64,000 nucleotides of DNA from assembly GCA_023245145.1 (NCBI GenBank), contig JAHFKW010000001.1, forward strand, positions 9,823 to 73,822, written 5' to 3'. The translations under genes were made by a program, and so were the position numbers. Source of the stretch: Candidatus Staskawiczbacteria bacterium (lineage in GTDB: Bacteria > Patescibacteriota > Minisyncoccia > Minisyncoccales > Staskawiczbacteraceae). Of the stretch, positions 47,548 through 56,651 are shown in pieces. Under the pieces are notes generated by a model. That model made no database searches. It was not told the DNA's origin and was given only the letters and a program-made list of their open reading frames with translations. Numbering within the stretch: the first letter of the stretch is position 1; each line of letters begins with the position of its first letter.

Positions 47548-49635
47548 ATGACCGATTTAGTAATCGTAGAAAGCCCGACCAAGGCTAAAACTATTCAAAA
47601 GTTTTTGGGTGGCAAAAAGTATAAAATTTTGTCGTCTTTTGGACACGTGCGAGATTTGCCAAAGTCCAAATTGGGCGTGGATGTGGACAAAGATTTTGAG
47701 CCGCAATATGTCATTCCCACCAAGGCAAAAAAGGTTATTGCTGAATTAAAAAAGGCTTCCAAAGCCGCCGAAAACACTATTTTAGCCACTGACCAAGACC
47801 GCGAAGGAGAAAGTATTTCTTGGCACTTAATGGAGGCCCTGAAGCTGGAAAATCCACAGCGAATTGTGTTTCACGAAATTACCAAAACGGCTATTGATGA
47901 AGCGCTGGCCCACCCCGGAAAAATTGATATGAATTTGGTCAACGCCCAGCAGGCGCGCCGAGTTTTGGATAGATTGGTGGGCTATAAATTATCTCCGTTT
48001 TTGTGGAAGAAAGTGTCCAAAGGGCTTTCGGCTGGACGAGTACAATCAGTGGCCGTAAAACTGGTGGTTGAAAAAGAAGAAGAAATTAAAAAGTTTGTGG
48101 CAGTTGAATATTGGGAAGTGTTGGCTACGTTAAGGAAATCCGCCTCCGCCAAAGGCTCTGGCGAGACAAAGGAATTTACCGCTCAATTAAAACAAGAGAT
48201 AAAAACCAAACAAGAAAGTGACGATATTTTAAAAAATTTAGAGGGCGCAGAATACGTGGTAACCAAAGTTGAAAAAAAGGAAACTAAAAAAAATCCCCTT
48301 CCCCCATTTACTACCAGCACTCTTCAGCAAGCTTCTGCCAACAAATTTGGTTATTCGGCTAAAATGACTATGGCGCTGGCACAAAAACTCTATGAAGAAG
48401 GACATATCACCTACCACCGCACTGACTCACTAAATTTATCGCAATCATCTTTGGATGCTGCCAAAAAGTTTATTGCTGAATCTTTTGGAGAAAAATACTC
48501 TAATACAAAAATCTACAAAGCCGGAAAAGGCGCCCAAGAAGCTCACGAAGCCATTAGGCCAACCCATGCCGAACATACACCAGAATCACTAAAAGCTGAA
48601 TTAGATGGGCCACGATGGAAAGTCTATAATTTAATTTGGCAACGGTTTCTGGCCAGCCAAATGATGCCGGCACTCTTTGATTCTACTGCTGTAGACATTA
48701 ATGCTTCAAGCTCCAAGCTTCAAGCTTCAAGTTACACCTTCGGCGCCAACGGGCAAATTTTAAAGTTTGATGGTTTTTTAAAAGTCTACCCGATGAAGTT
48801 TTCTGAAACCGAAATGCCAGAATTAATTGAAAAAGAAAATGTAGACTTGGTAAAAATTGAACCAAGCCAGCACTTTACCGAACCACCAGCTCGCTACAAC
48901 GAAGCCGGTTTAATTAAAGCGTTAGAAAAACATGGCATTGGCCGGCCATCAACTTATGCTCCAACCCTAAGCACTGTGCAAGCCAGAAATTACATTGCCA
49001 AAAATGAGCAAAAACGATTCTACCCAACTGAAATGGGGCTAATTGTAAATAAAGTCTTGGTGGAAAACTTTCCGCAAATTGTGGACATTGATTTTACCGC
49101 TAAGATGGAAAAAGAATTGGACGAAATTGCCGAAGGCAAGGATACCTGGCGCAAAACCATCAAAGATTTTTATGGTCCATTTGAAAAAAATCTGAAAGAA
49201 AAATATGAAGAAGTAAAAAAAGCTAACACCGATATTGCCACCGATAAAATTTGCCCCAAGTGCCAAAAACCCATGATTGAAAAATTAGGCAGGTTCGGCC
49301 GGTTTTACGCTTGTACCGGTTTTCCGGAATGTAAACACACCGAATCTTTGGTAAAAGTTGAGGGTAGCGCCAAACCTATTACTTTAGACATTATCTGCCC
49401 GAAATGTAACAAGGGCCACATGGCGGCCAAGCGAACCAAGCGTGGTAAAATCTTTTACGGCTGTGACCAATATCCCGCTTGCGACATGGCCACCTGGGAA
49501 AAACCGATCAACGAATTCTGCCCCAAATGTCTGTCTACGCCAGATGTCTCGAAGGGACACAAATCTATTTTAACGCAAAACTTCAAAGGGTTAATTAAGT
49601 GTTCAAACAAGGAGTGTGGGTTTAAGAAGGAATAA
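47548..49635 (+). CDS. topA: DNA topoisomerase I
   Basis: VIVESPTK, DQDREGE, SAGRVQS, ITYHRTD, C-terminal Zn ribbons. Confidence 0.97.
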   Translation: MTDLVIVESPTKAKTIQKFLGGKKYKILSSFGHVRDLPKSKLGVDVDKDFEPQYVIPTKAKKVIAELKKASKAAENTILATDQDREGESISWHLMEALKLENPQRIVFHEITKTAIDEALAHPGKIDMNLVNAQQARRVLDRLVGYKLSPFLWKKVSKGLSAGRVQSVAVKLVVEKEEEIKKFVAVEYWEVLATLRKSASAKGSGETKEFTAQLKQEIKTKQESDDILKNLEGAEYVVTKVEKKETKKNPLPPFTTSTLQQASANKFGYSAKMTMALAQKLYEEGHITYHRTDSLNLSQSSLDAAKKFIAESFGEKYSNTKIYKAGKGAQEAHEAIRPTHAEHTPESLKAELDGPRWKVYNLIWQRFLASQMMPALFDSTAVDINASSSKLQASSYTFGANGQILKFDGFLKVYPMKFSETEMPELIEKENVDLVKIEPSQHFTEPPARYNEAGLIKALEKHGIGRPSTYAPTLSTVQARNYIAKNEQKRFYPTEMGLIVNKVLVENFPQIVDIDFTAKMEKELDEIAEGKDTWRKTIKDFYGPFEKNLKEKYEEVKKANTDIATDKICPKCQKPMIEKLGRFGRFYACTGFPECKHTESLVKVEGSAKPITLDIICPKCNKGHMAAKRTKRGKIFYGCDQYPACDMATWEKPINEFCPKCLSTPDVSKGHKSILTQNFKGLIKCSNKECGFKKE
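48139..48169. repeat. in-frame dispersed repeat (family A) in topA
   Basis: TCCGCCTCCGCCAAAGGCTCTGGCGAGACAA, near-copy of rc 56680-56709. Confidence 0.7.
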
Positions 49636-49663
49636 AAAAGTCCCGAGCACGATTGCCCGAGAC
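49634..49663 (-). terminator. terminator of XRE gene
   Basis: GTCTCGGGCA-atcg-TGCTCGGGAC plus T6 on - strand. Confidence 0.65.
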
Positions 49664-49672
49664 TCTAAAAAA

Positions 49673-49945
49673 TCATTTACCGAAAAGTATTTGTCGAAAC
49701 CTTTCCTTTTCAGCTTCGGTCATCTCATATGCCTTTTCAATCTTCTCCATTGTAAACTTTGCTTTAACGATAGCAGGAAGAAGAGCATGACCCCTTTCTA
49801 TTTTAGAAATAACTTCTTGGATAAGACCCGATGCCTTTGACACATCTTGCTGTGTTTGATTTCTCCCTTGTCTTAGTTCCACCAAGAAATCCCCCAACTC
49901 TACAACTGTCGCAATGTAATCCGAAGTCTTCAGGCGCACTTTCAT
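49673..49945 (-). CDS. XRE/Cro-CI family HTH protein
   Basis: LRQGRNQTQQDVSKASGLIQEVISKIERG. Confidence 0.8.
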   Translation of the reverse strand: MKVRLKTSDYIATVVELGDFLVELRQGRNQTQQDVSKASGLIQEVISKIERGHALLPAIVKAKFTMEKIEKAYEMTEAEKERFRQILFGK

Positions 49946-50069
49946 TTTTATACCCCAGAACAAGAACTGTTGACTATTTCACGAAGTAAAGAAACCCTAC
50001 CATTTTTACACAAAAAAGTCCAGTGCCAATTGAAAAATAGGGCAAAATATGGCAGAATGAAAAAGTCCA

Positions 50070-50152
50070 GCCTGGGTGGCGTAACAGCAGCCGCGATGGA
50101 CTCAAAATCCATTGTCTTTACAGACGTGTGGGTGCAATTCCCACCCCAGGCA
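50070..50152 (+). tRNA. tRNA-Leu(CAA), atypical D and T loops
   Basis: Acceptor GCCTGGG/CCCAGGC, anticodon arm ATGGA-CTCAAAA-TCCAT, long variable arm, T arm GTGGG-TGCAATT-CCCAC. Confidence 0.88.
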
Positions 50153-50199
50153 CCGGTGTAGACACAATACGTTCTTTTTCAAGGAAAGTGAGATTTCTG

Positions 50200-50700
50200 A
50201 TGATGTACGGACTGAAAGACATCGAACAATTCTTTTTCGATGCAATGAGAATTGGCTATGCGGCCAACCCCAAAGAAACGACCCTGATAGACCTGCCAGG
50301 GTCGAAGGTCATCATCATCCAGGACAGAGGCTTCAAAATGGTTGACCTCTGGTTCGTCGGCGGTAACGACAAAAGCGCTGGCAGTACAATGATTTTCGCA
50401 GACAACAGGCTCGTTTGGAAAATGGATTACCGTGGGCAATACCAAAAGGAGGAAATCGATTTTCTGAAGTCAGCCCTGCGCGCAGAATACAACAAAGACT
50501 ATGTTCAAAGCGCGGCACCGGAATTCTTCCGAGGCTGTCGCGGACCTCTGTTATTTCTGGGAAGCAACGGATTGGCCTACACCAACAATGTCAAGCAAGG
50601 AAGCACCTTTTACCAATTCGAGGGCCGTGAAGAGATTGTCTCCAGAACAGCCGGTCTGGTGGTGGGGCATCACGATTACGAGGGCATTCTACTACAATAG
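50200..50700 (+). CDS. DUF5680-like hypothetical protein
   Basis: VWKMDYRG, FLKSAL, RGP, Y.N..G.F..F.G.E.I pattern (family from recall); AAGGA SD; start approximate. Confidence 0.6.
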   Translation: MMYGLKDIEQFFFDAMRIGYAANPKETTLIDLPGSKVIIIQDRGFKMVDLWFVGGNDKSAGSTMIFADNRLVWKMDYRGQYQKEEIDFLKSALRAEYNKDYVQSAAPEFFRGCRGPLLFLGSNGLAYTNNVKQGSTFYQFEGREEIVSRTAGLVVGHHDYEGILLQ

Positions 50701-50721
50701 AGTGGATCGCACAGGATCAGG

Positions 50722-50749
50722 AGCCGCGTCGCAAGACACGGCTTTTTTT
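50722..50749 (+). terminator. intrinsic terminator
   Basis: AGCCGCGTC-gcaa-GACACGGCT plus T-run. Confidence 0.65.
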
Positions 50750-52013
50750 ATTTCGGCAACGGGAACTTCTTGCAAAGTTTTTTCACTTCTTGAGCTATTT
50801 TGGGTGCGACACTATGATTTGAAATTACCTCATTAATCCAGCCTGCAATCTGGCGCATTTGCGGCTCCTTCATACCACGAGTGGTAATCGCCGCCGTTCC
50901 CATTCTTAACCCCGAAGGTTTAAATGGCCCAGCCGGATCAAACGGAATACTGTTTTTATTGATAGAAATTCCCGCACTTTCCAGCAAGTCTTGGGCTTCT
51001 GCCCCAGTAATACTTTTGCCTGCCTGCCGATGAGGCAGATTGCGTAAATCAATAACCATCAAATGATTTTCCGTCCCTCCGCTCACCAAATTAAAACCAT
51101 ACTTTTTTAATTCTTCCGCCAACGTTTTGGCATTTTTTACAATTTGTTTAGCGTATTTTTTAAACGCTGGCGTGCTAGCTTCTTTCAAACAAACGGCAAT
51201 GGCAGCGATAGCATTTTCATGGGGTCCGCCCTGTAATCCCGGAAACACCGCCTTATCAATTTTCTTGGGCAATTCAGCATCTTTTTTTAATCCTTTAGCT
51301 GTCACCATAATCATTGCTCCTCGTGGTCCGCGTAAAGTTTTGTGAGTAGTAGTGGTAACAATATGTACAAACGGCACTGGACTTGGGTGCGCCCCACCCG
51401 CCACCAAACCAGCAATGTGCGCAATATCGGCAACCAAATATGCTCCTACGGAATCGGCTATTTCACCCAATTTTTCCCAGTCAAAAATTCTGGGATAGGC
51501 CGTCGCCCCTACCCACATAAGCTTTGGTTTATGCTCGCGAGCCATTTTTTCAACGGCATCATAGTTGAGCAAATGCGTTTTTTCATCCACACCATATTGC
51601 ACCGCATTAAAAAACTTTCCGCCAAAACTGACTTTGGTTCCGTGCGTCAAATGCCCGCCCATGGGCAACGCCAAGCCCATGACAGGATCGCCCGGAGCAC
51701 AGGTTGCCACATACACCGCGGCGTTAGCGGGGCTACCCGAATGTGGCTGTACATTAACGTGTTCAACCCCAAAAAGCTTTTTTGCCCGATCAATGCAAAG
51801 TTGCTCCACCTTATCAATAAACTGGTTTCCACCGTAGTAGCGTTTCCCAGGATACCCCTCGGCATATTTATCAGTTAGATGAGAACCCAAAGCCTCGCGC
51901 ACTGCCGGCGAGCAATGATTTTCAGAGGCAATCATTTGTAGTGTTGTTTTCTGGCGATTCGTTTCCAAGTCTATTAACTTTGCAATTTGCACGTCTTGTT
52001 TTTGTAATTTCAT
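50748..52013 (-). CDS. glyA: serine hydroxymethyltransferase
   Basis: IASEN, YAEGYPGKRYYGG, TTTHKTLRGPRG. Confidence 0.97.
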   Translation of the reverse strand: MKLQKQDVQIAKLIDLETNRQKTTLQMIASENHCSPAVREALGSHLTDKYAEGYPGKRYYGGNQFIDKVEQLCIDRAKKLFGVEHVNVQPHSGSPANAAVYVATCAPGDPVMGLALPMGGHLTHGTKVSFGGKFFNAVQYGVDEKTHLLNYDAVEKMAREHKPKLMWVGATAYPRIFDWEKLGEIADSVGAYLVADIAHIAGLVAGGAHPSPVPFVHIVTTTTHKTLRGPRGAMIMVTAKGLKKDAELPKKIDKAVFPGLQGGPHENAIAAIAVCLKEASTPAFKKYAKQIVKNAKTLAEELKKYGFNLVSGGTENHLMVIDLRNLPHRQAGKSITGAEAQDLLESAGISINKNSIPFDPAGPFKPSGLRMGTAAITTRGMKEPQMRQIAGWINEVISNHSVAPKIAQEVKKLCKKFPLPK

Positions 52014-52019
52014 AGATTT

Positions 52020-52757
52020 TTACTCCTTATTTTTTAAAAAGTCAGAGAATTTTTGGATATCAGAAGGATTGCCAAAATCCATCCAGTAGTTTTTTGTTGT
52101 TACTATTTTCACTTTTTTATCCTTGGCAAGCAGTGAAAGCACGTCGGTAATTTCATATTCACCACGCACCGACTTGCCAATCAAGGGTAATTTCTCAAAC
52201 ACTTCCGGCGTAAATTTATACAAACTAGTATTGACCAAATTTCCCACAAACATTTTTGGCTTTTCAATAATTTCTTTTAAAAATTCTTTGTCTTCCAGCA
52301 ACACCCCAAACTTTTCTGGATGTTCTTCTACTCGCCCGGCCACATAACAAAAACCATCATCTTTATTCATGGCTTTTAAATCCTCCACCGTATAAAAATT
52401 GTCCCCCACCAAAGAGATAAAGTTTTCGCCCTTCACCTGTTCTTTAACGCATTTGAGCGGGCAAGCGGTGCCATAGTCTCCCTGCTCTTTTGGCCCCAAT
52501 AGTTCAAATTGACTAACCAGAGAAATGTTCTGCGACGTACCACCAAAAGTGTAGCTGGCCACAAATGTTTGCATGGCTTCTTGCTTGTATCCCACCACTA
52601 AAATAACCTCCTGATATCCAGCGGTAAAAATATTATCCAACAAATACGCCAAAAACGGCTTATGTTCTACCTCGATAAGATGTTTTGGCTTGTCTTTTGA
52701 AAGTTCCAGCATACGAGTGCCATGCCCCGCCGCCGAAACCACCACTTTTTTGATCAT
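52020..52757 (-). CDS. sugar-phosphate nucleotidyltransferase
   Basis: AAGHGTRM...PK, EKP, RGEYEITD. Confidence 0.88.
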   Translation of the reverse strand: MIKKVVVSAAGHGTRMLELSKDKPKHLIEVEHKPFLAYLLDNIFTAGYQEVILVVGYKQEAMQTFVASYTFGGTSQNISLVSQFELLGPKEQGDYGTACPLKCVKEQVKGENFISLVGDNFYTVEDLKAMNKDDGFCYVAGRVEEHPEKFGVLLEDKEFLKEIIEKPKMFVGNLVNTSLYKFTPEVFEKLPLIGKSVRGEYEITDVLSLLAKDKKVKIVTTKNYWMDFGNPSDIQKFSDFLKNKE

Positions 52758-53049
52758 ACAATTAAACTAATTTGTTTATCTTTGGCAACCATTTTCAAAG
52801 CGTGATATTTTGTCACGGTTTCATTTCCGCCTTCATTTTCAACTGTCCGATTTTTTCGGACACTTCAAAACCTTCTTGTTTTAGTTTCCTTTTTAGATCA
52901 TCCCAATATTTGCGCGGACGTTCATTTTGAGCCAAAATACTAACCACATCAATAATCGAGAAAAACCATTTCTCTTTTTTTGCATCCCAAACTCTGCGCA
53001 CCGGCACATCCTCAAAGTTAACGATTAAACTTTCTGAATTTTTGGTCAT
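52754..53049 (-). pseudogene. truncated Bro-N/antirepressor-like gene relic
   Basis: VRRVWD...WFFSIIDVV...RKYWDDLK stops after 78 aa; second homologous segment follows in another frame. Confidence 0.7.
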
Positions 53050-55457
53050 ACCACAATATTAATTAATTTATCCTTCACGAAAATGATTTTGCGAACTTGC
53101 TTTCCCTCCAGCCACAGTTTTATTTTTGGCGCATGCAAAACGAGGCCTTCCACTTGGCTTTGATCCAATCCTGCCTTCATTTCCATTTTATCGCGCACTT
53201 TACCGTTGACCGAAACTATCATCATCACCGTTGTTTCCTTTACTTCTTCATACTCTGGCCATGTTTTTTCTTTGAGCCCCAATTCGGCTGTCAAGTGCGG
53301 TGCAAAAGGCGAAAGAATCGCTAAAAACTTCTGCAAATCTTTTTTATCTAAGCCAATTTCGGACGCCTGCCACTCATTAACAAAACTCATCATGGCACTT
53401 ATTGCCGTATTAAACTTCATGGCCTCAATATCTTCGCTAACTTTCTTAATCGTTTTGTTTAATTCATTCACTAATTTGGGATTTGTTTCGGATTTCGGAT
53501 TTCGTGCTTCGGGTTTTAGAGAAAGTGTATATACTTTTTCCAAGAATCTTCTTGCGCCAACAATTCCCTTGGCATCCCATGGAATCATCTGCTCAAACGG
53601 CCCCATAAACATTTCATACACACGAAGCGTATCGGCGCCGTATTCTTTGACGATATCATCTGGATTTATAACATTACCCTTACTTTTTGACATTTTCACT
53701 CCGCCTTCGGCTAAAATAATGCCATGTGAAGTTCTTTTTTTGTATGGTTCGTTCCCAATTTCTTTTGGCACCGCGTCAATATCCCACAAAAACTTAAAGA
53801 TAAATCGCGAATAAAGTAAATGCAGCGTAGTGTGCTCCATGCCACCATTATACCAATCCACCGGCATCCAGTATTTCAGATTTTTTTCGCTGGAAAATTC
53901 TTTATTATTCTTTGGATCTGCATAGCGCATAAAATACCAGTTGGAACCCGCCCAGTTTGGCATAGTGTCAGTTTCACGTTTGGCCACGCCGTCGCATTTT
54001 GGACATTTTGTGTTTACAAACTTTTCAATGGCACTCAAAGGTGACTCGCCATCATCTGTTGGCTGGTATTTGGCAACTTTTGGCAATTCAACTGGTAAAT
54101 CTTTTTCAGGCACCGTTTGCCAACCACATTTTGGACAGTCAATCATCGGAATTGGCTCGCCCCAATAATGCTGGCGTGAAAAAATCCAGTCGCGCAGTTT
54201 ATAATTTACCACTTTTGTACCCCAGCCTTTTTCAACTATATGATCCATGATAATTTTTGTCGCTTCATGAATATCTTTGCCATCTAAGAATCCACTGTTG
54301 ATCATAGCTCCCTTTTCTTCCTGAACCTGTCTTACATCGGTAATTTCTGAAGTATCTCCATCTGGACCCACTACCACTCTGATAATTTCCAGTCCCATGG
54401 CTTTGGCAAATTCAAAGTCACGGAGATCATGACCGGGTACACCAACCACGCAGCCAGTTCCGAATTGACCCAGTACAAAATCTCCCACGTAAATGGGCAT
54501 TTTTTTACCGTTTAAATTGTTGATGGCACTCCACCCCGTTGGTACACCGGTTTTTTTCTTCCCCTCGGCAGTTCTGTCGATTTCAGGCTTTGCTAGAGAT
54601 TCTTTCACATACGCTTTTACTTTTTCTTTTTCGGGAAACAACTCTACATTTTCTTTGACAAATTTACTGTCTGGAGCAACCACTAGAAATGTGGCACCAA
54701 AATTAGTATCAGGCCTTGTTGTAAAAACAGAAATAAATTTTTTGCTATTTTCAATTTGATAATCAATGTTAATGCCTTCAGATCGGCCTATCCAATTAAT
54801 CTGTTGGTCTTTGACGCGAGCCGGATAATCCACATTTTTTAAATCTTCAATCAACCTGTCGGCATATTTGGTAATCTTTATTAACCATTGTGATTTTTCT
54901 TTTTTTTCAACTTTGGTGCCGCACCGCTCGCAATTTCCATTTATCACTTCTTCGTTGGCCAAGCCAGTTTTACAGCTTGGACACCAATTAATAGCCATTT
55001 TTTCTTTGTAGGCCAGGCCATTTTCAAATAATTTTATAAAAATCCATTGCGTCCATTTGTAGTATTTTGGATCAGTGGTATTTATTTCTCTTGACCAATC
55101 AAAAGAAAGTCCCAGCAAATTCATCTGCCTTTTAAAATTTTTGGTGTTTTTGGCCGTAGCCACCGTTGGATGGACACCGGTTTTAATGGCATAGTTTTCC
55201 GTAGGTAAACCAAATGCGTCCCAGCCCATAGGATAAAGCACATTAAAGCCCTCCATTCGCCTTTTTCGCGCAATAATATCCAAACCAATATATGGCCGGC
55301 AATGACCCACGTGAAGCCCGTCTCCAGAAGGATATGGAAATTCATCCAACAGGTAAAATTTTGGCTTCTTAGAAGTATTTTTAGCAACAAAATCGCCTGA
55401 AGAGTACCACTCCTTCTGCCACTTCTTTTCAATTTTTTGAGGATTATACTTTTGCAT
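53046..55457 (-). CDS. leuS: leucyl-tRNA synthetase
   Basis: FPYPSG..LHVGH, TTRPDT, KMSKS. Confidence 0.97.
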   Translation of the reverse strand: MQKYNPQKIEKKWQKEWYSSGDFVAKNTSKKPKFYLLDEFPYPSGDGLHVGHCRPYIGLDIIARKRRMEGFNVLYPMGWDAFGLPTENYAIKTGVHPTVATAKNTKNFKRQMNLLGLSFDWSREINTTDPKYYKWTQWIFIKLFENGLAYKEKMAINWCPSCKTGLANEEVINGNCERCGTKVEKKEKSQWLIKITKYADRLIEDLKNVDYPARVKDQQINWIGRSEGINIDYQIENSKKFISVFTTRPDTNFGATFLVVAPDSKFVKENVELFPEKEKVKAYVKESLAKPEIDRTAEGKKKTGVPTGWSAINNLNGKKMPIYVGDFVLGQFGTGCVVGVPGHDLRDFEFAKAMGLEIIRVVVGPDGDTSEITDVRQVQEEKGAMINSGFLDGKDIHEATKIIMDHIVEKGWGTKVVNYKLRDWIFSRQHYWGEPIPMIDCPKCGWQTVPEKDLPVELPKVAKYQPTDDGESPLSAIEKFVNTKCPKCDGVAKRETDTMPNWAGSNWYFMRYADPKNNKEFSSEKNLKYWMPVDWYNGGMEHTTLHLLYSRFIFKFLWDIDAVPKEIGNEPYKKRTSHGIILAEGGVKMSKSKGNVINPDDIVKEYGADTLRVYEMFMGPFEQMIPWDAKGIVGARRFLEKVYTLSLKPEARNPKSETNPKLVNELNKTIKKVSEDIEAMKFNTAISAMMSFVNEWQASEIGLDKKDLQKFLAILSPFAPHLTAELGLKEKTWPEYEEVKETTVMMIVSVNGKVRDKMEMKAGLDQSQVEGLVLHAPKIKLWLEGKQVRKIIFVKDKLINIVV

Positions 55458-55475
55458 AATAGTTGAGTAATTCTA

Positions 55476-56252
55476 TCATATTTTAAACAAATTTCTAGCG
55501 TTTTCAGTGGTTTTTTGAGCGACTTCTTGGGCGCTGATACTTTTTAACTTGGCGATTTTTTCAATAGTATATTTCATAAATATTGGCTCGTTTCTTGGGC
55601 CGTAGGACCCAGCCTTCGCTAAAGCTACGGCGGGCAAGGGTGTTAAAAACGGACAATCGGTTTCCAGTAGCAACTTTTCCAAAGGTGCGTTTTTTATTAC
55701 CTCATCTATATTAAATTTAAAAATAATTCCATTAATGCCTAAATAAAAGCCCATATCCATATACTTTTGAGCCTGCTCCCATGTACCCGTAAAACAATGC
55801 ACCACGCCACGTAAATTTGAATTTTGAAATTTGAAATTTGAAATAATTTGTATCACTTCATCGTGTGCCATACGACAATGCAAAATAACTGGTAAGTCTA
55901 ATTCTTGCGCCAAATCAAGCTGTTGAATAAAAACCTGTTTTTGTTTTACCGGATCAAACGGTTTACGGAAAAAATCCAAGCCGATTTCACCAACAGCTAT
56001 TACTTTCTTTGATTTAGCTAATTCCCTGTATTGCTGTACGTCAAACGGCTCATCGGCGTCCGTGGGATGCAAACCAATCGCTGCGAAAAAACCTGCCTGT
56101 TTTTCTGCCAGCTCAACCGCCTTTTTTGATGAATCCAAAGAACAGCCCACATTAATACACTGAATATTTTCAGCTAGTGTCCTTTTGATGACTTCATCGC
56201 GATCATCATCAAATGCATCAAATTGTAAGTGACTGTGAGTATCAATAATCAT
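55476..56252 (-). CDS. tatD: TatD family hydrolase
   Basis: DTHSH, GEIGLD, HCF, ETDCP; start moved to MIIDTH. Confidence 0.93.
   Translation of the reverse strand: MIIDTHSHLQFDAFDDDRDEVIKRTLAENIQCINVGCSLDSSKKAVELAEKQAGFFAAIGLHPTDADEPFDVQQYRELAKSKKVIAVGEIGLDFFRKPFDPVKQKQVFIQQLDLAQELDLPVILHCRMAHDEVIQIISNFKFQNSNLRGVVHCFTGTWEQAQKYMDMGFYLGINGIIFKFNIDEVIKNAPLEKLLLETDCPFLTPLPAVALAKAGSYGPRNEPIFMKYTIEKIAKLKSISAQEVAQKTTENARNLFKI
55609..55638. repeat. in-frame dispersed repeat (family A) in tatD
   Basis: CCAGCCTTCGCTAAAGCTACGGCGGGCAAG. Confidence 0.7.
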
Positions 56253-56268
56253 AGAATTATCGTACATG

Positions 56269-56303
56269 AAAAGAGCCGGGGAATCAATGAGATTCCTCGG
56301 CTC
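56269..56303 (-). terminator. terminator after csrA
   Basis: GAGCCGAGGAATC-N5-GATTCCCCGGCTC-TTTT on - strand. Confidence 0.7.
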
Positions 56304-56325
56304 GGTTTGTATTTGATTGCCTCGT

Positions 56326-56544
56326 CTATTTGACGGGCTTGGGCACAGCGCTGTTGGGGGCGGGTTCTGTTCCAGCAGGGGGTTTGCCATGGATGGCCTC
56401 GTACACCTCTTGACGGTGTACCGGCACCTCTTTGGGTGCCACGATGCCGAGGCGAATCTTGTCGCCCCTGATCTCAACGACGGTTACGGTGATGTCGTTG
56501 TTGATCACAATGCTTTCGTTCTTTTTACGAGACAATACCAACAT
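56326..56544 (-). CDS. csrA: carbon storage regulator CsrA
   Basis: MLVLSRKKNESIVI...IRLGIVAPKEVPVHRQEVY; GGAGG SD. Confidence 0.95.
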   Translation of the reverse strand: MLVLSRKKNESIVINNDITVTVVEIRGDKIRLGIVAPKEVPVHRQEVYEAIHGKPPAGTEPAPNSAVPKPVK

Positions 56545-56622
56545 GGCAGAATCCTCCAAAAGGTGGGTGTTGCCAAGCCATCCCCTGGTTTGGCGAAGTG
56601 AAAGAACGGGCGAATTGCTTAT

Positions 56623-56651
56623 CTTATAGCATTTCTATTTCCCTACGTCAA
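56623..56651 (-). promoter_or_regulatory. sigma70 promoter of csrA
   Basis: TTGACG-N17-TATAAG with TG extension. Confidence 0.6.

Noticed and set aside
50128-50199. N-terminal extension of ORF 50128-50700
   Set aside because: Overlaps the tRNA; the SD points to a start near 50188-50203
56253-56477. 75-aa N-terminal extension of TatD in the ORF track
   Set aside because: Overlaps csrA and its terminator; the family starts at MIIDTH (56252)
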